Origin: Takakia lepidozioides
Taxonomy: Eukaryota; Plantae; Bryophyta
Reading direction: 5' to 3'
DNA: 64,000 nt
NCBI GenBank assembly: GCA_030704615.1
Contig: CM060733.1
Span: forward strand, 9,548,001-9,612,000
The position numbers were made by a program, and so were the translations under genes. Every line of letters starts with the position of its first letter. Position 1 is the stretch's first letter. Below are positions 11,108 to 24,688 of the stretch, piece after piece. Below the pieces are notes generated by a model, which made no database searches, had not been told where the DNA came from, and was given only the letters and a program-made list of their open reading frames with translations.

Positions 11108-14100
11108 ATGTTTCCGCTTCTCACTCAGGCGTTGGCGGGGATCGCAGTGTGCTCCGGGGTTTTTCTGGACGTCCATGCGGACTTCATTCCTAAGGGCCCG
11201 TGCTCTCGTTTCGGTCGTGCCGGAGGCTTCACATCATGCAGCAGACTAAGGGGCTGCTGTGTGGAGCTGAAAGCGGCACCCCCTTTGGCAATGCGCCAAG
11301 TACGGAGTCCCTTGCAAATGGTGGGTATGGTGCCTCCCGAGCCTTCAGGGATGCCAATCAAATTAGGTGATAATACGAGACAATTTCGGGTTTCTGTCTG
11401 GGTTTCACTGTGTTGTATGCAGCGTCTTGGGATTGTGCTTTGGCGTATCCAGCATAAACCTGATCGGATTGTGGTTGAAGGAGCATACAGACAAGGGATG
11501 TAATCGATGTCCGTGCCCTCTTGACATTCTGTGTGTATTTGGTACCCAGGGCAATGCTGGAGCATGGAACAGCGCCGGCATGAGTTTTTCAAAGATCCTT
11601 CACAATGGTGTGGTGATAAGGTGCGCTTTCTTCAAGTAGGATGCGAAGGATCTGTCGAGGAGGGACGTGACTTATCTGGTACAATACAATAATTTGGACT
11701 GGATTGTTTACGTTGTTGAGTTTAGTTAAAATCTCGGTGTGTGTCAGTACCGGAGGTTGTTCTTCCTAAGCAGGGAAAAGTAAGATGTCAAAAGCTTTTT
11801 CCTGGAGTTTGTAAGGTGTGTGGGAGGGTTGACGGTTGTTGTGCGGTCTTAGGAAGCTTTGTTTGAAACTCTGGGCTGCTCAGGTGAATCTGCTCGTTTT
11901 CACAGCCCAATCCGAAATGTCCAGACTACAGACATAAGCAGCACCCTGTGGATTGAGGGTTGGTTGGAATGTTACAGGGTCAAGAACAGTCTGCTGATGG
12001 TGCAAGGATATCAGAGAGCGGTTCAAATGCTGGTGTGAATGGTGGAGCTCCTTTGAAGCTTGAAGATGAAAGTGAGTATTACTTGCAATGAGCCTGATAG
12101 GGGGACAGCTTGGTCATGCACAAGCTTGTTTAGCAACTAAAATTTGGATATGTCTGGATGGTCGTCATAACTCGTCCAGAGTTACTTGCATGAATTGTTG
12201 ACAGTTAACTAGCACTCCTCCATAAAGGAACAAAGTCTTGATGCTCTTGGAGTTTCTGGCACAAAGGTCAACCATGGAGCATGGAACGCACTGGCAGGAA
12301 TTCCTTCAAAATCCTTCACAATGGTGGAACAACCATGTTCACAAGGTATAGCTTTCTTCATATATGATGCAAGAGACTTTCTCTGTTCTGCGAAAGTGGA
12401 TCTTCTTGTCAAAATTGTGGTTCCTGAAAATGCATTGGCCAAGGATGTTTACAAGTTAGTTGGGATGGTAGAACTGTGGTTGCTCAGTTGCACCCTGGTG
12501 GGTTTTACAGACCAATTCAAGATCAGTGGACTACAGACATAAGCAGCACGCACAAGAGGTCCTTCGGATTGAGGGCTGGTTAAATCGTCCTTGGATGAAA
12601 GAAAAGCTAGCTACTTCAATGACACAGTATCAAGCACAATGTGGTCAGGGGCACCTTTTTGAACACATTTAGGCTCGTTGCTACTTTTCCATCATGGGTT
12701 CCTAAAATTAGCTCATTGGGCTGCGTCTGTGGTGGTTTTGAGGGTTTTTGACATGTTACTACAGATGGGGTTGCAGGCAAGTATCAAAAAATCAAAAGTA
12801 GGAAAGAGGAGAAGCTTCGAAGGAAACCTTTTTCAAACCCCAGTCAATTGTGGGACGATCAAGGCAGAAAGGTGAATGCTTGTTACTGCACAGTAGCCAT
12901 AGCAGACAACAAGAAGCATTTGAAGACTTCCTGGCAAATTGTCATCCTCCTCTCCCTACAACATTTTTAAAGCCTTTTCAGCAATCCAGCACTGGAACTA
13001 GTGTATGGTAAGTACAGGTGCAGTGTTTGCCAGATAAATTTTATGTTGTCACTGTGAGCTCCTAGCAGGATCTATGCCTTCTTCTTGTCGAGGCAGGGAT
13101 AGCTGAAGGAGGCAGGATGGAGTGTGTGGGTCCAGATCCATTGGAGAGGGCCGGATTTCAAGCGCAAGAGTACCAGTGAAGCACTGTGCTCTGATAGCTA
13201 CAAGAAACCAGCATTGGCACATAGTCAACTGGAAGCAGCAGCAGCAGCAGCAGAGTTGATGAAAATAGGCACCTCCACCATCACCGCAGCTTCTGAAAGT
13301 GGACCAAGAAAGGGAGTCCTTAAGATCCCCTTTGCCACTAATGTGCATGTGAGGACACTATGTGAGGCAGGGCAACTGCAAGAGGCTCTGCACATTTTGA
13401 ACCAAGGAGGCATTTTGGTGGACTCCAGTACTTATGTCTGTCTCTTGCGTAAGTGCGCGAAGATGAAAGGCCTAGCAGCGGGAAAGCAGGTGCATGCCCA
13501 CATTATCCAAAGTGGGTTCAAGCCAAACCTTTTTCTACAGAACACTCTTGTCAACATGTATGTGAAGTGCGGAAACCTCACAGATGCACAGGGAGTGTTT
13601 GACAAAATGCCTGAACGGAATATGTTTTCGTGGACGATAATGATGGCAGGGTATGCCAAGCAGAGGTGTGGTAAAAAAGCCATTGAGACCTATGAGCAAA
13701 TGACACAGGAAGGTGTAACGCCAGACCAGGTCACGTTCGTTTGCATTCTGAAGGCATGTGCCAGCCTAGCAGCCCTGGAAAAGGGCAAAAAGGTCCATGC
13801 TGAAATCATGAAAGCTGGAATTGTACCAGATATGATTCTGAACAATACCCTTGTGGACATGTATGCAAAATGCGGGAGCATTGAGGATGCAAAGGGAGTG
13901 TTTGAAAATATGGCTGAGCGAGATGTGGTGTCCTGGAATGCAATGGTGGCAGGATATGCCCAGCATGGGTGTGGCATGAAGGCTTTGGAGACCTATGAGC
14001 AGATGATGCGGAAAGGTGTGACTCCTGACCAGGTCACTTTCGGTTGCGCTCTCAAGGCATGTACCAGCCTGGCCTCCCTGGAAAGGGGCAAGGACGTCCA

Positions 14101-16789
14101 TGCTGACTTTATAAAATCTGGCATTGTACCAAATATGATTCTGAACAATATCCTTGTGGACATGTATGCCAAATGTGGGAGCATTGTGGATGCAAAGGTA
14201 GTTTTTGACAACATGGGGAGACGAGATGTGGTGTCATGGAATGCAATGATCACAGGGTATGCCCAGCATGCGTGTGGGATGGAGGCTTTGGAGACATATG
14301 ATCAAATGATGCGGGAAGGGATGCACCCTAACCACATCACGTTCGTTTGCATTTCCAATGTGTGCGCCAGTCTGGCATTCCTGGACAAGGGCAAAAAGGT
14401 CCATGCTGACATCATCAAAATTGGAATTGTACCAGATGTCATTCTGAACAATACCCTCGTGTGCATGTATTCTAAATGTGGAAGCATTGAGGATGCAAAG
14501 GGAGTGTTTCATGGAATTGCTGAACGAGATGTGGTTTCATGGAATGCGATGATTGCAGGGTATGCCCACCATGGATATGGGGTGGAGGCTCTGCAGACAT
14601 ATGAGCAAATGAGACAAGAAGGGGTAAAACCGGACCATGTCACGTTCATTTGCATTTGCAATGCATGTGCAAGCCTGGCAACCTTGGAAAGGGGCAGTGA
14701 GGCAGGACATCTGAAAGAGGCTCTGGACATTTTGAACCAAGGAGGCATTTTGGAAGACTCAAATACTCAGGTTTGTCAGTTGTGTAACTGCACGAAGATT
14801 AAATGCCTAGAAGCAGGAAAGCAGGTGCACACCCACATTATCCAAAGTGGAATCAAGCCAAATGTTTTTTTACACAACGCCCTTGTCAACATGTATATCA
14901 AATGTGGGAGCATTTTGGATGCACACCAAGTGTATGACAAAATGCCTGAACGAAATATGTTTTCAAGGACTATAATGATGGCAGGATATAGCAAACATGG
15001 GTACTGTAGGAAGGCCTTTGAGACCTATGAGCAAATGATAAATGAAGGTGTGATGCCCGACCAGGTCACATTTGTTTGCGTTCTCAAGGCGTGCGCCAGC
15101 CTGTCAGCACTGGAAAAGGGGAAAGGGGTCCATGCTGACATCATTAAAGCTGGAATTCTGTCAAATGTTTTTGTGGACACGGCCCTCATGGACATGTATG
15201 CCAAATGTGGGAGTATCAAGGATGCGAAGTCTGTGTTTGACAATATGGCTGAACGAAATGTGGTATCGTGGAATGCAATGATCGCAGGATATACTCAGCA
15301 CGGATGTGGGATGGAAGCTTTGGAGATATATGAGCAAATGATGCGGGAAGAGGTGAAGCCTGACCAGGTCACATTTGTCTGCATTTGCAATGCGTGTGCC
15401 AGCCTGGCAGCCCTGGAGAGCGGCAAAAAGGTCCATGATGACATCATGAAAGTAGGAATTGCACCAAATATAATTCTGGACAATTCTCTCGTGCACATGT
15501 ATGCCAAATGCGGGAGCATTGAGGATGCAAAGGTAGTCTTCAACAATATGACTGAACGAGATGTGGTGTCATGGAGTGCAATGATTGCAGGATATGCTCA
15601 GCATGGGTGTGCGATGGAGGCTTTGGATATGTATGAGCAAATGATCCGGGAAGGCGTGAAGCCAAACCAGGTCACATTCGTGTGTGTTGGCAATGCGTGT
15701 GCCAGGTTGGCAGCCCTGGAAAAGGGCAAACAGGTCCACGCTGACATCATGAAAGCTAAAATAGTACAAGATATCATTCTGTACAATACCCTTGTGGACA
15801 TGTATGCCAAATGCGGTAGCATTGAGGATGCAAGGCAAGTGTTCGACAGTATGGCTGAACGAGATGTGGTGTCGTGGAGTACGATGATTGCAGGATATGC
15901 CCATCATGGTTATCATAGGGATGCCCTGCAATTGTTTGAAGAAATGCAAAATGAAGGGTTGAAGCCTGACAGTGTCACATTTATGTGTGTTCTCTCTGCA
16001 TGTAGCCATGTTGGTCTAGTGGATGAAGGAAAACACTACTTCGAATCCCTGAGTAAAGATCATGGCCTCACTCCTACAGTGGAGCATTTTAGCTGCATGG
16101 TGGACCTTCTTGGCCGTGCAGGGCAATTGAATGAGGCAGAGGACTTCATCAAGAAAATGCAAATTAAACCAGATGTTGTGGTGTGGAAAGCCTTGCTTGG
16201 TTCCTGCAGAATTCATGGTAATGTAAAGGTTGGCGAACGTGCAGCAAAATTTATTCTGAAATGGAATCCAGAGGATGCTGGAACTTACGTGTTGCTTTCA
16301 AACATCTATGCTGCAGCTGGCAGGTGGGATGATAGTGCAAAGGTGAGAAAAATGATGAAGGTGAGAGGTATTAGAAAGGAGGCAGGTCGCTCCTGCATTG
16401 AGGTCGGTAACCGGGTGCACACGTTTGTTGTGGATGATCAGTTGCATCCACAACTCAAGGAAATCCATGCTGAGCTGAGAAGACTGTCTGGGCGAATGAG
16501 GGAGGCAGGGTATGTACCTGACACCCACTTTGTGTTGCATGATGTGGAGGAGGAGCAGAAGGAACGCTCTCTTTGCCACCACAGTGAGAAGCTGGCCATT
16601 GCTTTTGGACTGATCAGCACACTCCCTGGTGCACCTCTCCGTGTTATCAAGAACCTCCGGGTGTGTGGTGACTGCCACACAGCCACCAAGTTCATCTCAA
16701 AGATTACTGGGCGAGCAATTGTTGTACGAGATGCGAATCGGTTTCACCACTTTGAAGATGGGGTTTGTTCCTGTGCAGAGTTCTGGTGA
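11108..16789 (+). CDS. PLS-E-DYW PPR protein, copy A: intact PPR-DYW exon, decayed upstream PDF-motif exons
   Basis: The terminal exon 13136-16789 is open (about 29 P/L/S motifs, E1, E2, KEAGRSCIEV, HSEKLA, CGDCH, RFHHF, CSCAEFW). Upstream exons match copy B (11108-11366, 11550-11620, from 11906, 12267-12345, 12511-12643, 12765-12871), but exon 3 has a frameshift and stop and exon 4 has a 1-nt deletion. A possible internal ATG lies at 13259. Confidence 0.9.
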
Positions 16790-17384
16790 AAAGGTCTTCC
16801 GCCTTATAAGGTGTGTCTTGCTTGTGTCGGTTAAACTACGCAGCTGGTTGGTTCATTCACCATTCCCTGGGTGCTCACCAGTTGAAAGCCAGCCTGAAAT
16901 AGCAACATCCTCCTGCAGGCCTTACCTGTTGGTATACATGGTGGGCTAGATCATGCTAGAGGACAAAATGTGGATGCTTGTATCCCTGCTTTAGCTCATA
17001 GTTGGCAGTAGATGCGACGCACGGCTCTTGCTTTGACATGATTCAACCGGTTACCTTTTTCTTCCCTGTCACTGTACCATTCCAGAAATGGTTCTGAGGG
17101 TCTCCCATTGATTGGCAGTCATAGCATGGATGGATAGAGGGTTTATTTTGGATTAAATATCCTCGGGATTGCACCTCTTTGTCCCGCCATCTCTTTCCTC
17201 CAATAGGGCCTCTCTTTCTACCCCTTCTTCCTTTTCTATCTTCCTAATGTATCTCTCTCCTTTCTTCTGCTATGTATGTAAATATGTGTATATATTTGTA
17301 TATAGTAGACGACGAATGCAAGCTATATGCACATAGATGGGATTATACAAATCTTTTATTTTATTTTGTTTCTATTTTTTTTGG

Positions 17385-20300
17385 AAAGAAAGGTGGAGCA
17401 ATCAGAAGCCATTAACCAAGCCATACAAACATGGATCCAATCTCACCCTGTTAAAATTGGCCAGCAGGAAGCCGCTGCATTGGACGGGGCATTCACGGAA
17501 TCTGAGCTAGGTTTAGCTCTGGAATCTATGTCAAAGCCCAAAGCACCAGAAGACGGAATGCCAATGGAGTTTTATAAACTGATGTGGCAACACATCTCTG
17601 CCGACTTCTGTAAAATGGCCAATGCCATCACGGACGCCGGGGAAATGCCCAAAGAGTTGTCACAAGGGGTAATAGAGCTTCTTTTAAAAAAGGGAGAGAG
17701 AAAGGACATAGCCAACTACAGGCCAATCACCCTTCTCAACGTCTCGTATAAATTCATCGCTAAATCCCTCGTCCTTCGCCTTCAGCCTCTGTTGCCCTCA
17801 CTCATTAGATGAAGCCAGACTGGCTTCATCAAAGGCAGATTCATCCTAGACAACATATTGCTTGCTCACGAAACTCATTCCTATGCCCAAGACAATAACC
17901 AAGCAATTGCCATGCTACTCCTTGATTTTGAAAAGGCATTTGATAAAGTAGAATGGCCCCTCCTAATGTCTTCAATGCTGAAAGTAGGGCTATCCCCTGA
18001 CTTCTGCAAATGGGTCTCAATCTTGCTCCAGAATGCCTCCAGCAGAGTGATGGTCAATGGCTTCTTATCCTCACCCTTTCAGCTGCAGCGCTCGGTTAGA
18101 CAGGGCTGCCCTTTGGCACCCTTCATATTTCTTATAGTGGCTGACTCCCTTGGTCATCTCTTGGAATGCAATGCAGAAATCAGGGGCCTTACAATCCCTA
18201 GCCAGCATCCCAACCAGCTGAATATCAAATCATCAATGTTTGTGGATGATACCGTGCTTTACCTCGACACTAGCCCTCGCAACCTGGAAAAAGCAATATC
18301 CACCTTGGACACCTTCTGCCTGACATCCGGCTTCAATGTAAAATGGGGAAAAAAGGTTGTTGTGTTGGTTGGGGATAGATCTGAGTCAGAAATTGGAGAT
18401 AATCCCATTTGGGGCCAAGAGCTAGGGCTCAAATGGCTCAAAATCGGGGAAAGTACCAAGCTATTAGGTTTTCCATTCGGTGTTAACCTTTCGGAAGAGC
18501 AAAGAATAGGACCAATCATAGACAAGCTGAAACGCGAACTTGTTTCCTGGGGATCCAGACACCTCTCTCTCATTGGAAGCGCACTGATAGCCAACTAGGT
18601 TATTATGGCCAGCATTTGGTACTTTGCTTCCGTGTGGAGCCCATCCCCAGCCTACTTAAAAGAAATGAGGAGAATCATAAGAAATTTTGTTTGGGGAGCA
18701 AGCTCCAATACTCGGCACGTCAGACCTGCAATTTCGTGGGCCCAAATCTGCAGCAAAAGAAAGCTAGGGGGGCTTGGTATCTTGGATCCAGCCAACCAAA
18801 TAGATGCCTTACTTGGAAAATGGATCTTGAGACTATTGGGACCCTATTCTTCCTGGTGGAAACCACTGGTTCTGAGGCATATCCTTCAAAGCTCCCCCCT
18901 GAAAAATGCTCAGTGGTCAAGCTCAGTTTGTTGGATTGTTAATGGTTTCAAGCATAAACAGCCTAGCTCTCTGCTATGGAAAGTAATATGGAAAGCATGG
19001 GGCAGGTTGAGGCCATACCTCATCAAAGGGGAGCCCTCATCTTACGAGGAAGTCATTCGTCAACATCTTTTCCTTAACTCCAACACTCACAACCAGATTG
19101 ACCGTGGATCTGCGAAGAGGTGGTCTGCCTGGGATCACCATGGAATTGCACAGATCGGACTCAGTGTCGGGCTCAGCACTATGGTGCACATAAACCAGAT
19201 TGTAGGAGCAGCAAGAGGAAATGCAGGTTATGTCAACATCATCCAGACCATCCGTGCATCTTGGATATGCATCCTCCAGCAGGGGCTGTTGCTTCCATTG
19301 CCCGACACTTGAGGTACATGCTCAGCCAGACCTAATCAGGTCATTTACGTGATTCAGCAGCATTCAAATCACTGGCCTCGCTATGCGCTGCTGCCCTCAA
19401 TCAAACATCCTACACCTCATTCAAGCTCGTCACATCATCACAGAAGTACACACTGAATACACACTGATCACTGATACTCATACTCATATTGCTCCCTCTT
19501 CTAAGTTGCGTGCAACCTTTTTATACTATGCTCGAAAGAACCGTTACAGTCTGCGGTCGTTAATGACCGTTTGCCTAACTGCCTACACAACCTAAAAGGT
19601 TTGCTAAAAAAAGTGGCTCGTTGCAATAGTCGTGAGCCATAGTGGTAAACGGTCCACTACTCCCTCTATCGGCTAAAGCCGATGCTAACGTGGCCGTGTG
19701 ATATCGTGGTTCACGGCCCACGGTCACTACACTACCCACTACTGCTCCCGTGGTAATGTACCCTTGTTCCGCCATTTGCTAAGTACCGCGTACTTAGCCT
19801 TTTTTGCCTATGACTAGGTAGTGTATACCAATCACTACCCGGTATGTCCCGTTGTGACCCTCGCTGTCTGGCCCTCGTAGCATAGCCGTTATCAAGGTCC
19901 AACGGGAACTTCAACGGGACATCAAAGGAGGGAACTTCTCCCCTGTCAGAGTATGCCAATGGTCAACCAATGAAAAGCTCATGAACCTCGCTAAGCCTCC
20001 GGGGTCAACCTTAATCGCTTGGATTAAGGCAAATACATTTGTATGGATTGGGGGCAAACCTATCAACTCCACCACAACTTCATCACCTCATGGGCAATGC
20101 ATGGAATCGTATGCACAAGCCCTTCGCCAGCAACCTACATTTGGAGTTCCATCCCTCAAGAATGGAGAAATTGCAACTCGCCACTGCCCTGAATCGCCAG
20201 ACTTCGACTGCGACATCAACTGGAAACACATCAAGGGCAAGAGCTCAACTTCGATCACTGATCACATCGTCTCTCTTCCCGGGCTCTCCAGAATGCTCTT

Positions 20301-20540
20301 CAAAGTCCTCACAAGGCAGGCAGTTACAAATTTTGATCCTTCTTCGTAGGGGTACATCACAGCACTTAGTTTTCTGCGTTTATGCATCATTGAACTGCAT
20401 GGGGTATGGCTGACTATGGTCGCATGTCCTCTCATCCCCAGACCTTTTTGGTCCTTGTCATGCCGGTTCGGCAGTCTCTCTTGATTATGTCTTGGGCTCG
20501 TCCCTCATCCCATGGATGTGTATCATGCCTTATGGCATCA
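17385..20540 (+). mobile_element. Degenerate L1/Tx1-like LINE ORF2 (RT domain), with an unrelated insertion at about 19500-19960
   Basis: NYRPITLLNVSYK, LLLDFEKAFDKVEW, SVRQGCPLAP, MFVDDT and GGLGILD, with in-frame stops. The 3' boundary is approximate. Confidence 0.85.
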
Positions 20541-20623
20541 ATGGGGTTAATTTTTCCCCAAAAATTAATCAATTGGCCAACGTTTTATTATTATTTAAAA
20601 AAAAGAAAAAAAGGTGGAGCTAA

Positions 20624-21733
20624 CCCTTAAGTGCCAAAACTCATTTTCACCCTCTCGTGGAAAAACATGACCCTGGCCCACAAAAAAAAAATTAGAGAAT
20701 CTTTGTGTCCTTGTAAAACTGACCGTTGGAATTACTTCCCACCTACCCCACCTCCTACATACCACAAAAAGTTTCATCCAAATCCAACTGCCAGATCTGA
20801 AGATTATGAAGTGCAGAGTGGGGACAAAAACAAATCTCCACTAAGACATAGGTGCCAAGAAAAACAGTTTTTTGCTCGTATTTGGGCAGTTTTTCTTTTT
20901 TCTGTTTGAGAGTCTCAAGAATGTTGTTCCATACCTGATAACACACATTCTCAAAACTTTTCAGTTTTTCCTGAAATGTTCTCAAGTGGGCTCCTTTGTA
21001 GGACAAATTGGGGGTCAAAATATGCCATTTTTTTTGGGCAGGCCAAAATCTCTCTTCCTAAAATTATACAAAAAAAAATCAGCCGGTCAAACCCTGTTGA
21101 AATGTCATGGGCATTCATATGAAGTCCCCGAAAAACTTTGGGACCAATCAGCCAATGCCACCGCATCTTTAGGTTCCCTGCCCAAGACTTCAAATGGCAT
21201 ACCTATGTTATAGCCTGCAGGCCTAGGATAGCCCAGAAGGGCACGGGTTTGGGAGCTCCTCTGGCTACCCGGCCCTGCTTTCATGCCCTGCTTTCATGGG
21301 GGGCCACTCCACCCGCAACCCTATCAAACCCTTGCCCTAGGTTTGGGCCACCCCTCATGGGAGTTTTCTCGAGCCGCGAGCTCTGCCGCCATCGCGGCTG
21401 CACTCCCTCCAGCCCGCCCTGCAATGAGCCCATCGTAGCCGCCCATCTCTTTATCGGGTATCATTCATTCACCTAACCTGACCGCAGTTGCCATGTCAGC
21501 AACTTGGGCAGGTTAGGGGTCCCAAAATGGCCTCAAAAAGCTGAGTTGGCCCCCTTCCAATTGGTTCAGACCCCTACCCCTTTAGGCATTGACCAATTGG
21601 CCAATGCCATATGAAGGGGGGCCCGATTATCTGTTTGAGAGCAAAAAAGGGCCAATCAGCCTTAACCACAGGAAGTTATGGCTGGTAAAGCTAACCCAAC
21701 TGACCCAAAACGGGTTGGTTTGACACTGAAGGG
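20624..21733. mobile_element. Non-autonomous TIR element with piggyBac-like ends
   Basis: Left end CCCTTAAGTGCCAAAAC matches the reverse complement of the right end, CCCTTCAGTGTCAAACC, at 14/17 positions. Flanks are CTAA (20620-23) and TTAA (21734-37). No transposase ORF. Confidence 0.55.
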
Positions 21734-22509
21734 TTAAGGGAGAATCAATGAGGAGGGGAGTAAATAACACTTCACATTTGCTAGTGTATAGTGTGCACAA
21801 GCAGGGGAGTACGCTACTAAACTTCTTTCAACATTTATGGTAGTTTGACGTTTATAGAGGTAATATTTATCCAGGGTGGAGTCCGGACGGATGGAGTATG
21901 GACTGGGGCAGTCTTGACCAGTAGCCGGACCGGCTGGTATTGGCAATTCCATTACTATGGTTGATAACCAGACCGGCTGGTATTGCCAAGGCAATACCTG
22001 TCCAATACCCGTATTATGGGCAAAAACATGGACTATACCATGGTATGGATAGGAAATTGGGTGGGTACACAAGATGTTAGGGGTAAGAGGGTGCATATGT
22101 TAGGGAGGGCATGTCTAGCCCCAAGGGCCCGCCGTTATTATTCATTTCTTAGCACATGCAGGGCGGGCCAACCCCTATTCTTCAAGACAATATGAGTGAT
22201 GAATATGAGGACCTCAATGCAGATGTTGGTTTATATGAAGATGAGGGTTGCAATCAGTCTTCTTTTAACTAAGCTTGCTTCACTTTGCTTACTAAAATTT
22301 GCAACGTAGTTATGCAAAGTCTGAATTTTGCAACATAATAATTAATTTCTTTGTGAAATCAACTATGTTTCTAAATTCAATTAAGGACATATTAATGATT
22401 TAATGGTTATTTTAATTTTAATTTTAATTATTTATATCCACCGGATGGTATTAGATTGGAATACCCATCCTATTGATACTCATCCGCAAATGATAAGTGG
22501 TGCCACGGT

Positions 22510-24200
22510 TTTTGGGCCCTGAAGGGGGCTGGTGGAAGCTACTGGTTGAGAATTCTATTGCTCTCAGCTCTCCTCAACCCAATACCCAATGGAAAATTTG
22601 CACAAGGTGGATCACGCAAGGGTTTAATCATAAATCAGCGGGCTCCTTGCTATGGACATCTATCTGGAGTGCCTGACTTCCTAGTTAAAATCAGCCCAGC
22701 AACTTACTACGAGGTGATGAGGCAGCACCTCTTCCTCAATACGGCGAGCCCTTCTCCGCTAGAGAAGAAACAAGCCACTTGTTGGGCTGCTTGGGAAACC
22801 AGGGGGGTCTCTGAAATCAAGGATCTATGGGTCAGCACTCCAGCCACATTGCACTCTGCACTAGGGGCCAACAGACTAAGAGCAGCTATCGGATCAATAA
22901 TCCAAGATATCCCAGATTCCTGGAAGATAATCATGAGGGATGGTCCGCCAGTTCCCTCCGAACACCAGTGGATTACCATTCAAAACCGTCCATTCTCTGT
23001 TCTCTACACAACTGGTATAATGGGAAACACCCTTCAAGGTTATGCCTTTACTACAGATAACTTCTCGGGCATTCTCTCCTTATACTCTTCACGGATATGT
23101 GTGGCCACTTCCGCAGAGGCAAGGCCAGCCAGGGTTTGCCACTGGTCCTCACTTCACAAAGAGGTTAATCCCAAGGCTCCCCCTGGATAAACCACTAATG
23201 CATTGAATCCTTAGGAATTCCTTCGCCTGGATTGGTTGCATGCCGCTTCAAGACCTGCCAACTGACCCAGGCGAATGGGGATGGAACTTTGGAGGCTCTC
23301 CAGCACCATTCTTTTCCTATACAGTCAAGAAAGCCTATAGAGCCCTCCTTGGTGACACTTCCTTTTCAGCAAAATGAAATTCCAAGTGGGAGCATCACAA
23401 CTTCCAGGAGGAGAATAGGGATGGAATCTGGGCCACAGTGTGGGATAAGAAAAAACCAGCCAAGATAAGTGCCTTTTTGTGGTAGGTAGCAAACAGGGTT
23501 CTCAAGGTAGGGCAGTTCTTCAACTTCCAAGGGGCTCTACTGTGTGCATGCTGCCACATAGGGACAATAGAGAGTCTCCAGCACTGTCTCATTCATTGCC
23601 AAGGGCCCGCTCTTATCTGGCCCCTGGTTAGGAATTTCTACAGGCAGTGGGACTCTTTTTCTTCCCATACATCGGCTCTGCTACTAAATTATGACTTGAG
23701 GACCAGATCTGTAGCTAACAGTTGCCATGTTTTCGAGGCTCTGAGAGGAGCCACTCTTTGGCATCTTTGGAAGGCAAGATGTGCCTGGACCATGGGAAGG
23801 ACGAATGCTACAGCCACTAGTCTACCCACTAAAATCTTCTTGCATTGCAGCTAAGTTGGCATGGGTTGAGACGTGTGCACACATCACGAAGGCCCCCGAT
23901 CGTCAGGCCACCCTGCTCAACACCTTCAAGTCGACCTTGGGGAGAGGGGGCATCATTTGCAACTGTACTGGAGCGGACTCATGCGAATGGCCAAGAGAAA
24001 TCCCTGTTCAATAGCAGCAACTCAGGACCCTCCTCTTCCGCTTCCCCAGAGTTCAAAAAGTCCGATGTAAACTAGAAGCATGTCAGGCCGAACACCAAGA
24101 CGAAGCTCTTCCACCATAGATAGAAAGTTCTCATGCATCCTTTCTGTCTATCTTCCTTTCATGCCCTCTATCTTGCCCTACCCCGCTCACTTTGACTTTC
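22510..24200 (+). mobile_element. Second degenerate L1-like LINE 3' fragment
   Basis: YYEVMRQHLFLN is homologous to SYEEVIRQHLFLN of the 17-19 kb LINE. A CCHC finger (CACCHIGTIESLQHCLIHC) lies near 23540-23600. Frameshifted; boundaries approximate. Confidence 0.7.
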
Positions 24201-24688
24201 AAGTATCATTGTTCTGGTGATTCTGTCACTTCGCATATCAGCATTGCTGGCCTTTGATTTTGGCCTTGCCATACTCCGTGGGTTCTTACTTACGTGACGA
24301 AAATGGGCTCTCATAGATCTACCGGTCAGTAGTTAGAACTGTAAGGGAATCTTTCAATACTATGGAACCGGCTGGTATTGAAAATTAATAATTAAAAACA
24401 ATTAATTTCTTTTCAATGATACCCGGACCCGGCTGGTATTAGAAAAAGTAATACCCGCCCAACACTGGTCTTGACATGAAGGCTTGGAGTGAAGGTAAGT
24501 GTAGCCGCCTCTTTTCCTTTTTGGCGGGGGAAGGTTGGTGACGTTGAGAGCGACAGAGATTGGTATGAAGCAGCAAATGATGGTCAAACCAAAGTCGGGA
24601 CCCTTGAAGCTGGATCATCGTTTGGTGCATCGGTTCGAATTGCACAGGTGGGTTGTATCAGAAAAAATCTGTTGCTTTACTGGTTTTG

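Noticed and set aside
13124-13135. Track starts of the 1221-aa ORF (13124) and 905-aa ORF (26744) as true N-termini
   Set aside because: Both lie upstream of a conserved tccag acceptor (exon starts 13136 and 26846) that falls mid-PDF motif, so they appear intronic.
13225-16695. Many repeated antisense ORFs over the PPR genes
   Set aside because: They are shadows of the 303-bp PLS periodicity with no independent coding signal.
16370-16789. U-to-C (DYW:KP) editing factor
   Set aside because: The domains have HSE rather than HAE, a PG/AG box rather than KP, and no GRP or DRH terminus.
21860-24470. Recurrent ccggctggtatt motifs (about 21930, 21975, 24370, 24430) suggesting a TIR element split by the LINE
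   Set aside because: No matching pair of termini or TSD could be established by eye.
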